Assembly: GCA_002269645.1 (NCBI GenBank)
Contig: NIVC01000126.1
Coordinates: forward strand, 310,001-374,000
Direction: 5' to 3'
Source: Macrostomum lignano
Lineage: Eukaryota
DNA: 64,000 nt
Position 1 is the first letter of the stretch. Each line of letters opens with the position of its first letter. Shown here in pieces: positions 22,275 to 34,401 of this stretch. The position numbers were made by a program, and so were the translations under genes. A model generated the notes under the pieces. That model saw only the letters and a list, made by a program, of their open reading frames with translations. It did no database searches and had not been told where the DNA came from.

Positions 22275-25200
22275 TTACCTAGGCATTAGCCTAGGCACCA
22301 GAGCTTTCTGATATGCCAATAAGTCTGGCTGAGCCAAAACCAGTTCGTACAGAATCTCGAAGCCAATCTCGTGCTCACAGGCCAGTGCAAAGGTGGCCAG
22401 ACCGCAGGCTAGGCAGTCTAGGCCGGTTGGCTGAGCACTATTGAGCAGGTGACCAGTTGTTTGCTCTTTGGCTAGCAGGCCTAGAGATGAGAATAACCAG
22501 CTGGCCTCTTCGCTTGCCTGCGGAAGTTGCAGACGTTTGGATTACCTAGTTTACCTAGATATCAAGTAAGTGCACCACCACACATAGTCTGACAATCTGA
22601 TATACTGATAATCTGACAGTTTGATAATCTGACAGACTGATAATCTGACAGACTGATAATCTGACAGTTTGATAATCTGACAGTTTGATAATCTGACAGA
22701 CTGATAATCTGACAGTCTGACAATCGGACAGTTTGGTAATCTGACAGTCTGACAATCTGACAGTTTGATCATCTGACAGTCTGACAATCGGACAGTTTGT
22801 TAATCTGACAGTCTGACAATCTGACAGTTTGATAATCTGACAGTCTGACAATCTGACAGTTTGATAATCTGACAGTCTGACAATCTGACAGTTTGATAAT
22901 CTGACAGTCTGACAATCGGACAGTTTGTTAATCTGACAGTCTGACAATCTGACAGTCAGATAATCTGACAGACTGACATTCTGACAGACTGATAATCTGA
23001 CAGTCTAATAATCTGACATACTGACAATTTTCTGTGCTATACACATAGCAGAGGATCAGCTGAGGATATAGACGAGGTCAACTGTACGTTCGTAAACAAT
23101 AGAGAACAGAGAATAAAAAATAGGTCAACCTTAAAGGGGCAACTAATGACTAAAAGTCAATCGAAGACAAGAGAGGTCAACCGAGACCGAGGACAAGAGA
23201 GGTCAATCGAGACGGAGGACAAGAGAGGTCAATCGAGACGGAGGACAAGAGAGCTCAGCCAAGGACAAGAGAAGTCAGCCGAGGACTAGAGAGGTCTGCT
23301 GAGGACAATAGAGGTCAGCCGAGGACAAGAGAGGTCAGCCGAGGACAAGAGAGGTCAGCCGAGGACAAGAGAGGTCAGCCGAGGACAAGAGAGGTCAGCC
23401 GAGGACAAGAGAGGTCAGCCGAGGACCCGCTGGAAAATAGGGCAGGATTTCGGTTCGGATTTTTTTAATTTCGGCCGGATATTCTCTGCATCTGTTCAGT
23501 GGGAGAATATCCTGTCGTTTCTTCGGATAAGTGACGCCAACTTTACATATCCGGATGCTTTGTTCGGATATTGTAGTTCTGTATCCGGACGAAACATCCG
23601 GATATGTACATTGAATCCGGACGTAAGTCCGGAAATGTATCCGGCTATAAGGCCGGATTGAAGTGCCCCTGCATTGAATCCGGACGTAAGTCCGGAAATG
23701 TATCCGGCTATATCGTGCCGATTTTCACATTAATTTAGTTTTCCAAAGGATAATGCAGCATAATCTGCTGCTTCGCTCGTACGGATAGATTCTGTTAATT
23801 CAAATGAATAAATTGTAGCAATTCTTTTGTGCATTTTAGTTGACAAAAAGGGAAAGAATGTTATTATATTTAATAGTATATTATATTTATATTTAACAAA
23901 TAGTTAAACGCAGTTAGTGGAAAACAAGTAGTTAAACGCAGTTAGTGGAAAACAAGTAGTTAAACGCAGTTAGTGGAAAACAAGTAGTTAAACGCAGTTA
24001 GTGGAAAACAAGTAGTTAAACGCAGTTAGTGGAAAACAAGTAGTTAAACGCAGTTAGTGGAAAACAAGTAGTTAAACGCAGTTATTGGAAAACAAGTATA
24101 TCCGGATGAAAAGTCCGGAAATTTTTGTCCGGATAAGTCATATATCCGGGTGATAATCCGGATATTCGTCCGGATACGACTTGTCCGGATATAGTAGAGT
24201 ATCCGAACCAAGAGGTTTGGTATCCGGATGAAAAGTCCGGAAATTTTTGTCCGGATAAGTCATATATCCGGGTGATAATCCGGATATTCGTCCGGATACG
24301 ACTTGTCCGGATATAGTAGAGTATCCGAACCAAGAGGTTTGGTATCCGGATGAAAAGTCCGGAAATTTTTGTCCGGATAAGTCATATATCCGGGTGATAA
24401 TCCGGATATTCGTCCGGATACGACTTGTCCGGATATAGTAGAGTATCCGAACCAAGAGGTTTGGTATCCGGATGAAAAGTCCGGAATTTTTTGTCCGGAT
24501 AAGTCATATATCCGGGTGATAATCCGGATATTCGTCCGGATACGACTTGTCCGGATATAGTTCGGATAAAATGTCATATCTGGACATATCCGGCCGTTCA
24601 TTCGGAAAAGTGCCCCTATCCGGATCCGGATACGCTATATCCGAACCAAATATCCGTCCCTATTTTCCAGCGGGGACAAGAGAGGTCAGCCGAGGACAAG
24701 AGAGGTCAGCCGAGGACAAGAGAGGTCAGTCGAGGACAAGAGAGGCTCGCAACAAGAAACGAACGAAGTAAAGAATGTCAAACACGGAACAGCAGATGTC
24801 AAGATTGATATAAAATACATTGACAAAAAAGGTCACACCTGTTGATTTTTTAGCCATCCGACGGCGTCTAAACGGGCTCGAACTCGGGACCTTGCCTGGC
24901 CGGGAAGCAGCCAAGCGAGTGGCCTAACCATACCGGATGCGTAGCGAGCTTTAGTAATATTAGAATAGGTTGAATCCGGTATCCAGGTCAGGTGATCTAT
25001 CAGACAAGATATCGATGAGCTGAATGCGCTGATATAGGATTGAAAAGTAGCCATAAGGACTTTAGACTGGCCCTGCGCCTCTCCATCGGGACCCTGGCCG
25101 CCGCCGCCGGTAGAGGCGCCCGGCAGCGGACTTTGAAGGCCACGACTGCGCTGATAATGATCGCAGATGCAGGCAAAGTCGGTCATTAGTTGGCCTTCGT

Positions 25201-25997
25201 GGTGAATTACTGGCGATAAGCCTGCGAAGCATTGGTGATGTGTGATAAATTGTGACTAACGGCTAAAAAACTCGATGTTCGCGGAGGTGTCAGCGAATCA
25301 GAAATCCGAAAGGGTTCAGCCAATAAGGAACTAGAAGCGATTTCAGCCAATCAGGGGCTGACTAGATGAGTTACAGCCAATCAGAGGCTGACTAGACGAG
25401 TTTCAGCCAATCAGGGGCTGACTAGATGAGTTTCAGCCAATCAGGGGCTGACTAGATGAGTTTCAGCCAATTAGGGGCTGACTAGATGGGTTTTAGCCAA
25501 TCAGGGGCTGACTAGATGGGTTTTAGCCAATCAGGGGCTGACTAGGTGGGTTTCAGCCAATCAGGGGCTGACTAGATGGGTTTCAGCCAATCAGGGGCTG
25601 ACTAGATGGGTTTTAGCCAATCAGGGGCTGACTAGATGGGTTTCAGCCAATCAGGGGCTGACTAGATGGGTTTCAGCCAATCAAAGGCTGAATAGATGAG
25701 TTTCAGCCAATTAGGGGCTAACTAGATTAGTTTCAGCCAATCAGGGATTGCCCTCACCGGTAGGCGAAACCCATTCGCAGTTGCGCAGCCTGGATTCCGT
25801 GAAGACAATGCCGTACCGATGCAAAAGCAGCCGCAAGCACTCGGCAAACAGTCGCTCCGATGGCAGATCGGCCTCTTCTAGAAGCAGATTTATAGATGAT
25901 AAATTTAACACAAAAAAGCTAAGTGCAAAGTGTAGTCATAAAGTCAATAATTTTTACCTGTTGTTAGCAACAGGGTTGCCTCATCTTTGGTAGCCAT
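22275..25997 (-). CDS. MTX2: Metaxin-2 (mitochondrial SAM-associated GST-like protein), 4 exons, 261 aa
   Basis: Exons 25997-25958, 25877-25758, 25221-24839 and 22517-22275 splice in frame. NCEWVSPTGLSPVIHHEGQLMTD, WIPDSTYSNITKARYAS, RLDAVGWLK and QPTGLDCL resemble metaxin-2 motifs (NAEYMSPSGKVPFIH, ITHARYGS, KAIGW, QPTELDAL). Confidence 0.85.
22585..23030. repeat. 16-bp minisatellite (TAATCTGACAGTTTGA variants) in MTX2 intron 3
   Basis: Tandem units with a TCTGACAG core. Confidence 0.93.
23165..24745. repeat. 20-bp minisatellite (GAGGACAAGAGAGGTCAGCC) split by a transposon insertion
   Basis: Units at 23165-23425 resume at 24675-24745. Confidence 0.9.
23426..24674. mobile_element. CMC/EnSpm-like non-autonomous element (1249 bp) in MTX2 intron 3
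   Basis: Perfect 17-bp TIR CCCGCTGGAAAATAGGG, extending imperfectly. 2-bp TSD GA. Internal 28-bp array (23901-24095), 122-bp array (24099-24560) and many TCCGGA motifs. Confidence 0.85.
25316..25747. repeat. 30-bp CCAAT-containing minisatellite in MTX2 intron 2
   Basis: About 15 units of TTTCAGCCAATCAGGGGCTGACTAGATGGG. Confidence 0.95.
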
Positions 25998-28175
25998 GGA
26001 AACCAGGGTAGCTAGAAAGAATGATACAAAAAATTTATTTGGAGGTTTTGTAAACTCGGCTAAGGTTTCTTCTGTCCTAGTTTCAGTAGTCTAGCTAGGA
26101 CATTGGCGCTAAAAGTTTGACAAAATAATGAAAAGGAACGCTAATGTCGAAAGAGACCCAGAAAGAACACAATTTTACGTCGATGATTTAATTAAAACAC
26201 ACAGACACACAAAATCAGTCCTATATTCACGTGCGTATTGACACAAGAAAGAAGTACGTATTGAATAAATTGAGTTAATTATTCTATACATAACAAAAAA
26301 AATATTTATTTTGATAAATTAGAGAATTATGATTACCGCCCAATTTGACATATTTTTGCTTAGATTTAACGTGATGGGGAATTTAAATAAAAAGCAATAT
26401 TTTATTTCACTGAAATGTATATTATAGAGACAGCGTAGCTAAAAGTACAATTAGGCAACATTGCAGCACCATAACTTTTTGCATACGAAATATAACAGTG
26501 CTTCTGCATTGCGTTGTCTAAGTATACGCAATGAATTTAATATTTTTATGTCTTTTACAAAACTGTGCACCTACAAGTTCTCAACTCTGCAAATCGGCAC
26601 ACTGTAGGCAATTAATAGAATTAGTGAGATATTAAACGTGTAGTAGACTCACAGATGCTAAAATAACTAGATACGTCACTCGCAAAAAATGCGCTTAGGT
26701 AGTCTTTTCAAGAAATAAAATTTTTTTTAAAAATTACTTTAACACCGAAGACTGTAGGAAAAGTTAAAAAATCTAGTCAGTGTGCATGGCGTGTGAGAGA
26801 AAAGGGAAGCCCCGCAAGCCAGGCCGATAAACAGTTTGGCTTTCTTGTTGCCCGTTTGTGTCTGACTTTGACCTATGTCTCCTTACTGCTCTCTCATTGG
26901 CTGAGCTAGATTGGACCTCCCCATTGGCCCTAGGCTGAGTTTCGTCTGTCTAACTTTGACCTCTCTCCTCACTGCTCTCTCATTGGCTGAGCTAGATTGG
27001 GCCAGCCCCTAGGCTAAGTTTCGTCCGTCTTGCATTCACTTGTGTACATCGAGTTGTTCATTCTGAACCCCTATTATTATGCCTTTGATGCCACAAACCA
27101 CGAGGTGGGAAAGGAAATTTTAGCTGCCACATTCCATTAAATTTAAGCGACACTGTACAGAAAAAAACTACAGAAAACAGAGTAGAGTGACAATGGCGAG
27201 TGACATCTAGGCATTCTAGTATCTGTAAGTAAACCTAATTATTATAACAGTAAGAATAGAAAGATTAATAGTCTTAATTATATATTAATTTTCATTTATT
27301 AGACTCAATAGCTAGCTAAAGATAACGGAACATCACTTTAAGGATTACAGCGCATATTACAATATGTAATAACATTAGAACAAGCGACTAATATTGAACT
27401 TGACTTTCACATCAAAATAACAAAGTATTTGTTGTATTTTTGTCAAACTTACTGTTGAAAAAATCAAACATGATTGATGCACTATGCAATTATGGTTACA
27501 ATCAAAGAAAACTTGTCATCTGTGTCATTAAATACAAGTAATTTTTACGATTTGTACGAAAACTTTACGCATATTATATATATATATATAAGTTTCACAT
27601 TTGCATGTATAGAATGAACACAATCAGTTTGAAATCAGTCAGACAACTTTGGGCTGCAAGAAAAAATGGTGTGAGCAAATTGATTTTGTTGTTTAAAAAA
27701 CTGACACATTGTCACATATAGAATAGAGTACAAAATAGTGGATTTTTGGGAATACACGGGGACTAAGGGCACAGCTTTTGTTTTTTAAACTAATGTATCG
27801 TTTGATTATAATTCATTATAAGCAACTATTAATAGGTTGTTTTCTATTATAGAACTCTGGCGAATCAAAGCGGATTTAACCATTGTCTAGACATATATGT
27901 AGATATTCATCTATAGACAATTCAATAGATATTCATCTATAGACAATTCAATAGATATTCATCTATAGACAATTCAATAAAATTTAGAGAGGGGAAACAG
28001 AGTTACTAGCTAGTATCCTGGGAACTTTGACACGCTTTTGAACTATATATATATAGTAAAATATAGATCATCTATGGCGGCCACACAGATGCTTATAGGA
28101 CAGGAATACATACAAAGTGTATTGAAATAGCGTATGCATTATCCAATATTAATATAGCTGATTAGCTAGTTCAAC

Positions 28176-31100
28176 TCAACCGCTGTATTGTTGAGCCTTT
28201 TTTGCCTCCATAACGTCCAAGATCAGCTTGACGAATACGGCAGTTTCCTCCTGCATCGATTCCAGCGTCTCGGGCCGGTCGCAGCCGGACAGGAAGCTGT
28301 GCTTCAGCAGCTGATTGAAGCGCCATCGTTCGCTTGGGTTTTTGACAAGGCATTTGCCTGGAATCAAAGCGAGATTGGTCCTTGGTATGTCCCAGATCCT
28401 TCAGCAGACACCCTCCGATCCTTCAGCAGACACCCTCCAATCCTTCAGCAGACACCCTCCGATCCTTCAGCAGACACCCTCCAATCCTTCAGCAGACACC
28501 CTCCGATCCTTCAGCAGACACCCTCCGATCCTTCAGCAGACACCCTCCGATCCTTCAGCAGACACCCTCCAATCCTTCAGCAGACACCCTCCGATCCTTC
28601 AGCAGACACCCTTCGATCCTTCAGCAGACACCCTCCGATCCTTCAGCAGACACCCTTCGATCCTTCAGCAGACACCCTCCGATCCTTCAGCAGACACCCT
28701 CCAATCCTTCAGCAGACACCCTCCGATCCTTCAGCAGACACCCTCCGATCCTTCAGCAGACACCCTCCGATCCTTCAGCAGACACCCTCCGATCCTTTAG
28801 CAGACACCCTTCGATCCTTCAGCAGACACCCTCCAATCCTTCAGCAGACACCCTCCGATCCTTCAGCAGACACCCTCCGATCCTTCAGCAGACACCCAAA
28901 TACTTCAACAGACACCCCAATACCCCAAACAGAGACCCCAATACCTTAGCAGACACCCTAGCACTAGAGCAGACACTCTAATCCCTCAGCAGACAATCTC
29001 CAACCCATATACAGAGACCTTAATACTTCAGCAGACACCCCAATCATTTAGCAGACACTCTTAAACCTTTCAGCAGACAACCTCCAATCCTGCAGCAGAC
29101 ACCCAAAAAACTCAGCAGACACCCAAAAAACTCAGCAGACACCCCAATACCTTAGCAGACACCCCAATACCTTAGCAGACACCCCAATACCTTAGCAGAC
29201 ACCCCAATACCTTAGCAGACACCCCAATACCTTAGCAGACACCCCAATACCTTAGCAGACACCCCAATACCTTAGCAGACACCCCAATACCTTAGCACAC
29301 ATCCAAATTCCCCAATACTTCAGCAGACACCTCAATACCTTAGCAGACACCTCAATACGTTAGCAGACACCCCAATACATCAGCAGACACGCCAATACTT
29401 CAGCAGACACACCAATACCTCAGCAGACACGTCAATACCTCAGCAGACACCCCAATACATCAGCAGACACCTCAATACCTTAGCAGACACCTCAATACCT
29501 TAGCAGACACCTCAATACCTTAGCAGACACCTCAATACCTTAGCAGACACCCCAATACCTCAGCAGACACCCCAATACCTCAGCAGACACCCCAATACCT
29601 CAGCAGACGTGTACCAAAGCCCCAGAACGCTCACCAACAAAGTCTCGCAGTTCAGGATCAAATCGGGGATCGTCATCCCGCAGCTTCGGTGTCGGCCCAT
29701 TTAAAATGTCGTTAATCTGTTGAAACGGCGTCTTCCAGTGCTCGTAGGGATACTTGCCGTTAGCCAGTTCGACCATAGTGATGCCGAAACTCCACACGTC
29801 GCTAACAGACGTATAACCGCGAGAGCCGTCACGTTTCACATCGATTCGCTCAGGAGCCAGGTACTGCTGGGAGCCAATCTCTGACCGGGCAAAACTATTC
29901 ACTAACTGGCCGGCAATGCCGAAGTCGCACATTTTAAACTGGCCCCGCCTATTAGTCAATATGTTGCTAGGCTTCACGTCGCGGTGTATGATTTTAATTT
30001 GATACATATAGTCTAGAGCGCTTAGGACAGAATAAGCTACGTGTTTGAGCACATTGCCAGGTATGGGTTTGTTAACGTCGGCTAGATGAGCAGTCTTGTA
30101 CATTCGATCTAATGATAAGTCCATTAGTTCCATCAGGATCATCAGGTCGCCTTCGCGAAACAGAGCCCCGTAGAAGAACACGGCGTACGGACAGTTGGTA
30201 GTGCGCTGCTGTACATTGATCTCGCGAATGTGACGCTCATTCTCTTTAGTGTCAAACGAATGCCGCACACGCTTGAGAGCGAATAGACAGTTGGTGTTCT
30301 TGTGCCGGACTTTCTCTACTACTCCGTATTGGCCCTGGCAATTGTGGGAATAATAATTCCATGGGGATTAAAGTGCTTCAGGTTTGCAGAATTTCCTTGC
30401 TCTGCAAATATATGTTGTCTTTTATAATAGATAGTGTCTACCATAATGTGTCTCTAATTAGATACCAATGTGTCTTTTAGATAGACTGAGTTGTGTCCGA
30501 CATTGAGGACAACAATGTGTCTTTTTAGATAGACTGAGTTGTGTCCGACATTGAGGATACCAATGTGTCTTTTTAGATAGACTGAGTTGTGTCCGACATT
30601 GAGGATACCAATGTGTCTTTTTAGATAGACTGAAGAGTTGTGTCCGACATTGAGGACAACAATGTGTCTTTTTAGATAGACTGAGTTGTGTCCGACATTG
30701 AGGATACCAATGTGTCTTTTTAGATAGACTGATGAGTTGTGTCCGACATTGAGGATACCAATGTGTCTTTTTAGATAGACTGAGTTGTGTCTGACATTGA
30801 GGACAACAATGTGTCTTTTTAGCTAGACTGAATTGTGTCCGACATTGAGGACAATAATGTGTCTTTTTAGCTAGACTGAGTTGTGTCCGACATTGAGGAC
30901 AACAATGTGTCTTTTTAGATAGACTGAGTTGTGTCCGACATTGAGGATAATAATGTGTCTTTTTAGATAGACTGAGTTGTGTCCGACATTGAGGACAATA
31001 ATGTGTCTTTTTAGATAGACTGAGTTGTGTCCGACATTGAGGATAATAATGTGTCTTTAGATAGACTGAGTCGTCTGACTTGAGGATAATAATGTGTCTT

Positions 31101-31794
31101 TTTAGATAGACTGAGTTGTGTCCGACATTGAGGATAATAATGTGTCTTTTTAGATAGACTGAGTTGTGTCCGACATTGAGGATAATAATGTGTCTTTTTA
31201 GATAGACTGAGTTGTGTCCGACATTGAGGACAATAATGTGTCTTTTTAGATAGACTGAGTTGTGTCCGACATTGAGGATAATAATGTGTCTTTTTAGATA
31301 GACTGAGTTGTGTCCGACATTGAGGACAATAATGTGTCTTTTTAGATAGACTGAGTTGTGTCCGACATTGAGGATAATAATGTGTCTTTAGATAGACTGA
31401 GTCGTCTGACTTGAGGATAATAATGTGTCTTTTTAGATAGACATAGTTGTGTCCCAGATTGAATATAATAATGAGCCTTGGTTCAAAGTGTTTATAACGA
31501 TGTGTCTTTTTGAGCTAGTTCAATAGTTGTCTATCATGTGTCTTAATAAAGCCCAAAAACATATAAAACATAAGCACTGACCTGCCCGAGCTTGTCAATC
31601 ACTTCTAAATCGTTAACGTGAACTTCGACATCTTCTCCAGACAGGCGAATGGTTGTCTTCTCGGTCAGTGGCTGATCATTAGCAATGGGTATTGGCAGGG
31701 GCTGCGGCTGCTCTACCGGCAGAGGTATTTTTGGTCTACGCCGGGTTTTACCAGCGGAGGATGCGTCGCGCTTGTCGTCGCCGCAGTCGGCCAT
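28176..31794 (-). CDS. MAP2K6: Dual-specificity MAP kinase kinase, MKK3/6 type, 3 exons, 364 aa
   Basis: Exons 31794-31582, 30334-29635 and 28357-28176. D-motif KTRRRPKIPLP, G-loop LGQGQYGVVEK, CPYAVFFYGALFREGD, HRDVKPSN, DFG, APERID, YPYEHWKTPFQQI. MKK3 and MKK6 cannot be distinguished from this. Confidence 0.9.
28393..29608. repeat. Compound 22-bp/20-bp minisatellite filling MAP2K intron 2
   Basis: GATCCTTCAGCAGACACCCTCC units (to about 28900) grade into ACCCCAATACCTTAGCAGAC units. Confidence 0.95.
30465..31460. repeat. 48-bp minisatellite in MAP2K intron 1
   Basis: About 20 copies of GAGTTGTGTCCGACATTGAGGATAATAATGTGTCTTTTTAGATAGACT. Confidence 0.95.
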
Positions 31795-31932
31795 GCCTGC
31801 AACTTAATTAATTAAATATTTATTAGACTAACACAGATCTTTATCACAGAATTATATTCAACACTAAGTTCTCTAACGGAAATAGGACCCGGCAAAAATG
31901 CCATGCTGGGATACAAAGTGAAGTGAAGTCGA

Positions 31933-32162
31933 GGGGGTTGTACCCAAGTGGTTAGAGGGTTGGACTAACGACTTGAAGGTCGGGGGTTCGGTTCCTGATC
32001 CTACTCGGAACAATTTGTGTCCTTAAGCAAGATAATTAACTAAACTTTAACAATGTAACTCTACATTGCTAAAGCACCCAGCTGTGATATGGGTGCCAGC
32101 ATTAGCTGGGGTAATTGAGGGTGTGTATGGCAGCCTCCAAGTCCTTGGACTGAACTATCAGC
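31933..32162 (+). mobile_element. tRNA-derived SINE family B, copy 1
   Basis: A-box-like TACCCAAGTGG and B-box-like GGTTCGGTTCC, followed by GTGTCCTTAAGCAAGA and ..TCCTTGGACTGAAC. Homologous to the reverse complement of 60828-60992. Confidence 0.65.
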
Positions 32163-33381
32163 TATAATTTTTATTCCACTAACTATAGGTCTATTTGGGG
32201 AACTACTTTAGTGCTCCTACAATAAATTTAAATAGAAAATCTTTGATAAAGGTTCAATTTTTTGCAGAGGATAAAGAATCAGCTAGTGACTCAAGAAGAT
32301 AGAGACATAATAGAAGCTCTAGCAAAATCCATCAAAAAACTACACAATCATTTAAACAAAATTCAACACTCTTGACATATGAGATTAATAATAAAAAAGG
32401 AATAATACTAATAAATGATTAGTTGTTAAAATTTATTTAAATAACTGGAGGTTTTTCAAGTATCAGAATTGCACTCTATGTCTAATATAAGGATACCAAA
32501 TTGAAAACTAGGATATTGGATAATATCAATCAATTTTTTAAATAAAATATCCAAAATCTTTACTTTACCCTTTATATTATACAATTAAGCCTCTCTAAGC
32601 AATATAAGTTACAGAAGCCTGCTACTTCATCTATAGAAAAACATATGCCAGAATAAAAATTCGAGTCTTTTTATTCTACACTCAACATAAATAAAAAATT
32701 ATGCCAACAGTAAAAAAGCTTACATGTCATGCCAACTTTCTTAGAGGATATATTCTTTAAAAATAAGAGTTTTGCTAAACTTTTAAAGTATATATTTTTT
32801 CTAGAAACTGTTTTTCTATATTTACTTTTGTTTTCCTAGTAAGTTACATTGATTTATTACTTTTCTTTTTAATTTATATTGATTTTAAAAGTGCTTTTTG
32901 AATTTGATTGATATTTAGCTATGCCATATACACTAAACCTGAACCTGGATATTTTGTATACAACTGTGTATACTAATGTTGGACCTATTTTATATGCCTA
33001 GTATATGGCTAAAATTCTTAATAAAAGGCAAAAATATGCCAGAAATGTTAGTATATATACCACTTTCTTGACTATGATAATGATTAAATGATTGATTAAC
33101 TATAAAATTTAAAATATTGTAAGCATAAGCATGGAAATCTTAGGTTGAATTAGGTTCCTAAAACAAAGATTTAGGTTCTTTATATGAACCTAAATCTCTA
33201 TGAATATTGAAATTTTAACAGAATAAATGGGCATAAACACTGAAAAAGACTAGTTTTTGTATTATAGAGCCTAGCCTAGGTAATTAAATTAGTTTCAAAT
33301 CTATTATTGCATCAATACTTATGAATATGATTAATTAAACATAGTAATTAATATAACAGTAGCTATTATGTTGCTAATTAA

Positions 33382-34023
33382 TAGTGTTCTGCCATAGCCA
33401 TAGCTATGGCTATGGGATCCTATGGCAAATATGGTCAAATAGGTGCCTACAGCAGCTATGGATACGCCTACGGTAGCTAGCTGCTCTTATGGCTACAACT
33501 ACGGAAATATGGTAGTTGCTGTCACATTCTGTAGATTCCCATAGCTATAGTTATTAATGTTAAAAATTGGAAAAATATTAGAAATGGGTAGAATAAAACA
33601 AAGATACTTTTAGTAAACTGTATTATCAACCTAGAAACTTATAAAATATACTTAAAAAAAGTACAATAAAACACTAGCAAACTTTAATTTTTATTAATAT
33701 AAAAAAGTTTAGCATTAGTATTGTACTTTCAGTAATATTAAGTATTGTTGCTCTGAAAAAAGACAAAATATAATCTTACAAAGGCAATCAAGTGTTTCTT
33801 TTATTTTCTAATTTAATTTATAGTTGTTTAAGCACTAGGTTATTGTCTTGATTCAAGATATTTTATTTTTTAGATTTTTTGTTAAAACTACGGCTATGGG
33901 AACTATGGGAATATGGTAATTTTGGGGTCCCTATGTCTATAGAATACGGAGAATTGGAATAAGCTGTAGTTTTGCTTATGGCTACGGCTATAGTACATAG
34001 ACCCTCCTTACGGTGGAACATTA
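33382..34023. mobile_element. hAT-type MITE, 642 bp (family 2)
   Basis: 8-bp TSD CTAATTAA at 33374-33381 and 34024-34031. Degenerate TIR TAGTGTTCTGCCATAG versus TAATGTTCCACCGTAA (11/16). Subterminal CTATGG/CTACGG repeats. Confidence 0.7.
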
Positions 34024-34101
34024 CTAATTAATGATAAAAAGAGAGCAGAGCCAGAGATTCAATGTTGTGGCTATCTTGGTCTTATACCTTAGATTAGGCC
34101 T

Positions 34102-34401
34102 CATACATGCGCAACAGTCGGCCGATCCAGCTGACCGATTTGGCGGCCAACCAAGGAAGTCGCAAAAATGCCCACCCGAAAAAACACCCATGTAGTAGTA
34201 CTAAGTAGCTGACGAAGCATTTTGGGTTAATAAGACAGTCATAATTACTCCTGCCGTTTACTCAAAGTTGCGTTAATTTTGCATTTTGCATAATTTTAGG
34301 TTTTTTTACATGTAAGTCGCGTTTTTGGCCAAAAACTATGTCGCATTTTTGTTAAAACTAAGTCACATGGCCGACCAAATTTTGGAGGTTGCGCATGCAT
34401 G
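34102..34401 (-). mobile_element. hAT-type MITE, 300 bp (family 1, copy 2)
   Basis: TIR CATACATGCGCAAC/GTTGCGCATGCATG. 8-bp TSD TTAGGCCT. Inverted homolog of 6724-7023. Confidence 0.88.

Noticed and set aside
26860-27030. About 85-bp direct duplication with ATTGG (CCAAT) boxes upstream of MTX2
   Set aside because: It could be promoter sequence, but there is no TSS evidence and two copies alone are unremarkable in this repeat-rich region.
31933-32005. Possible tRNA genes here and at 60925-60992, 12270-12335 and 46669-46730
   Set aside because: A/B boxes are present, but the cloverleaf stems do not pair and each continues into a shared repeat body, so they are SINE heads.
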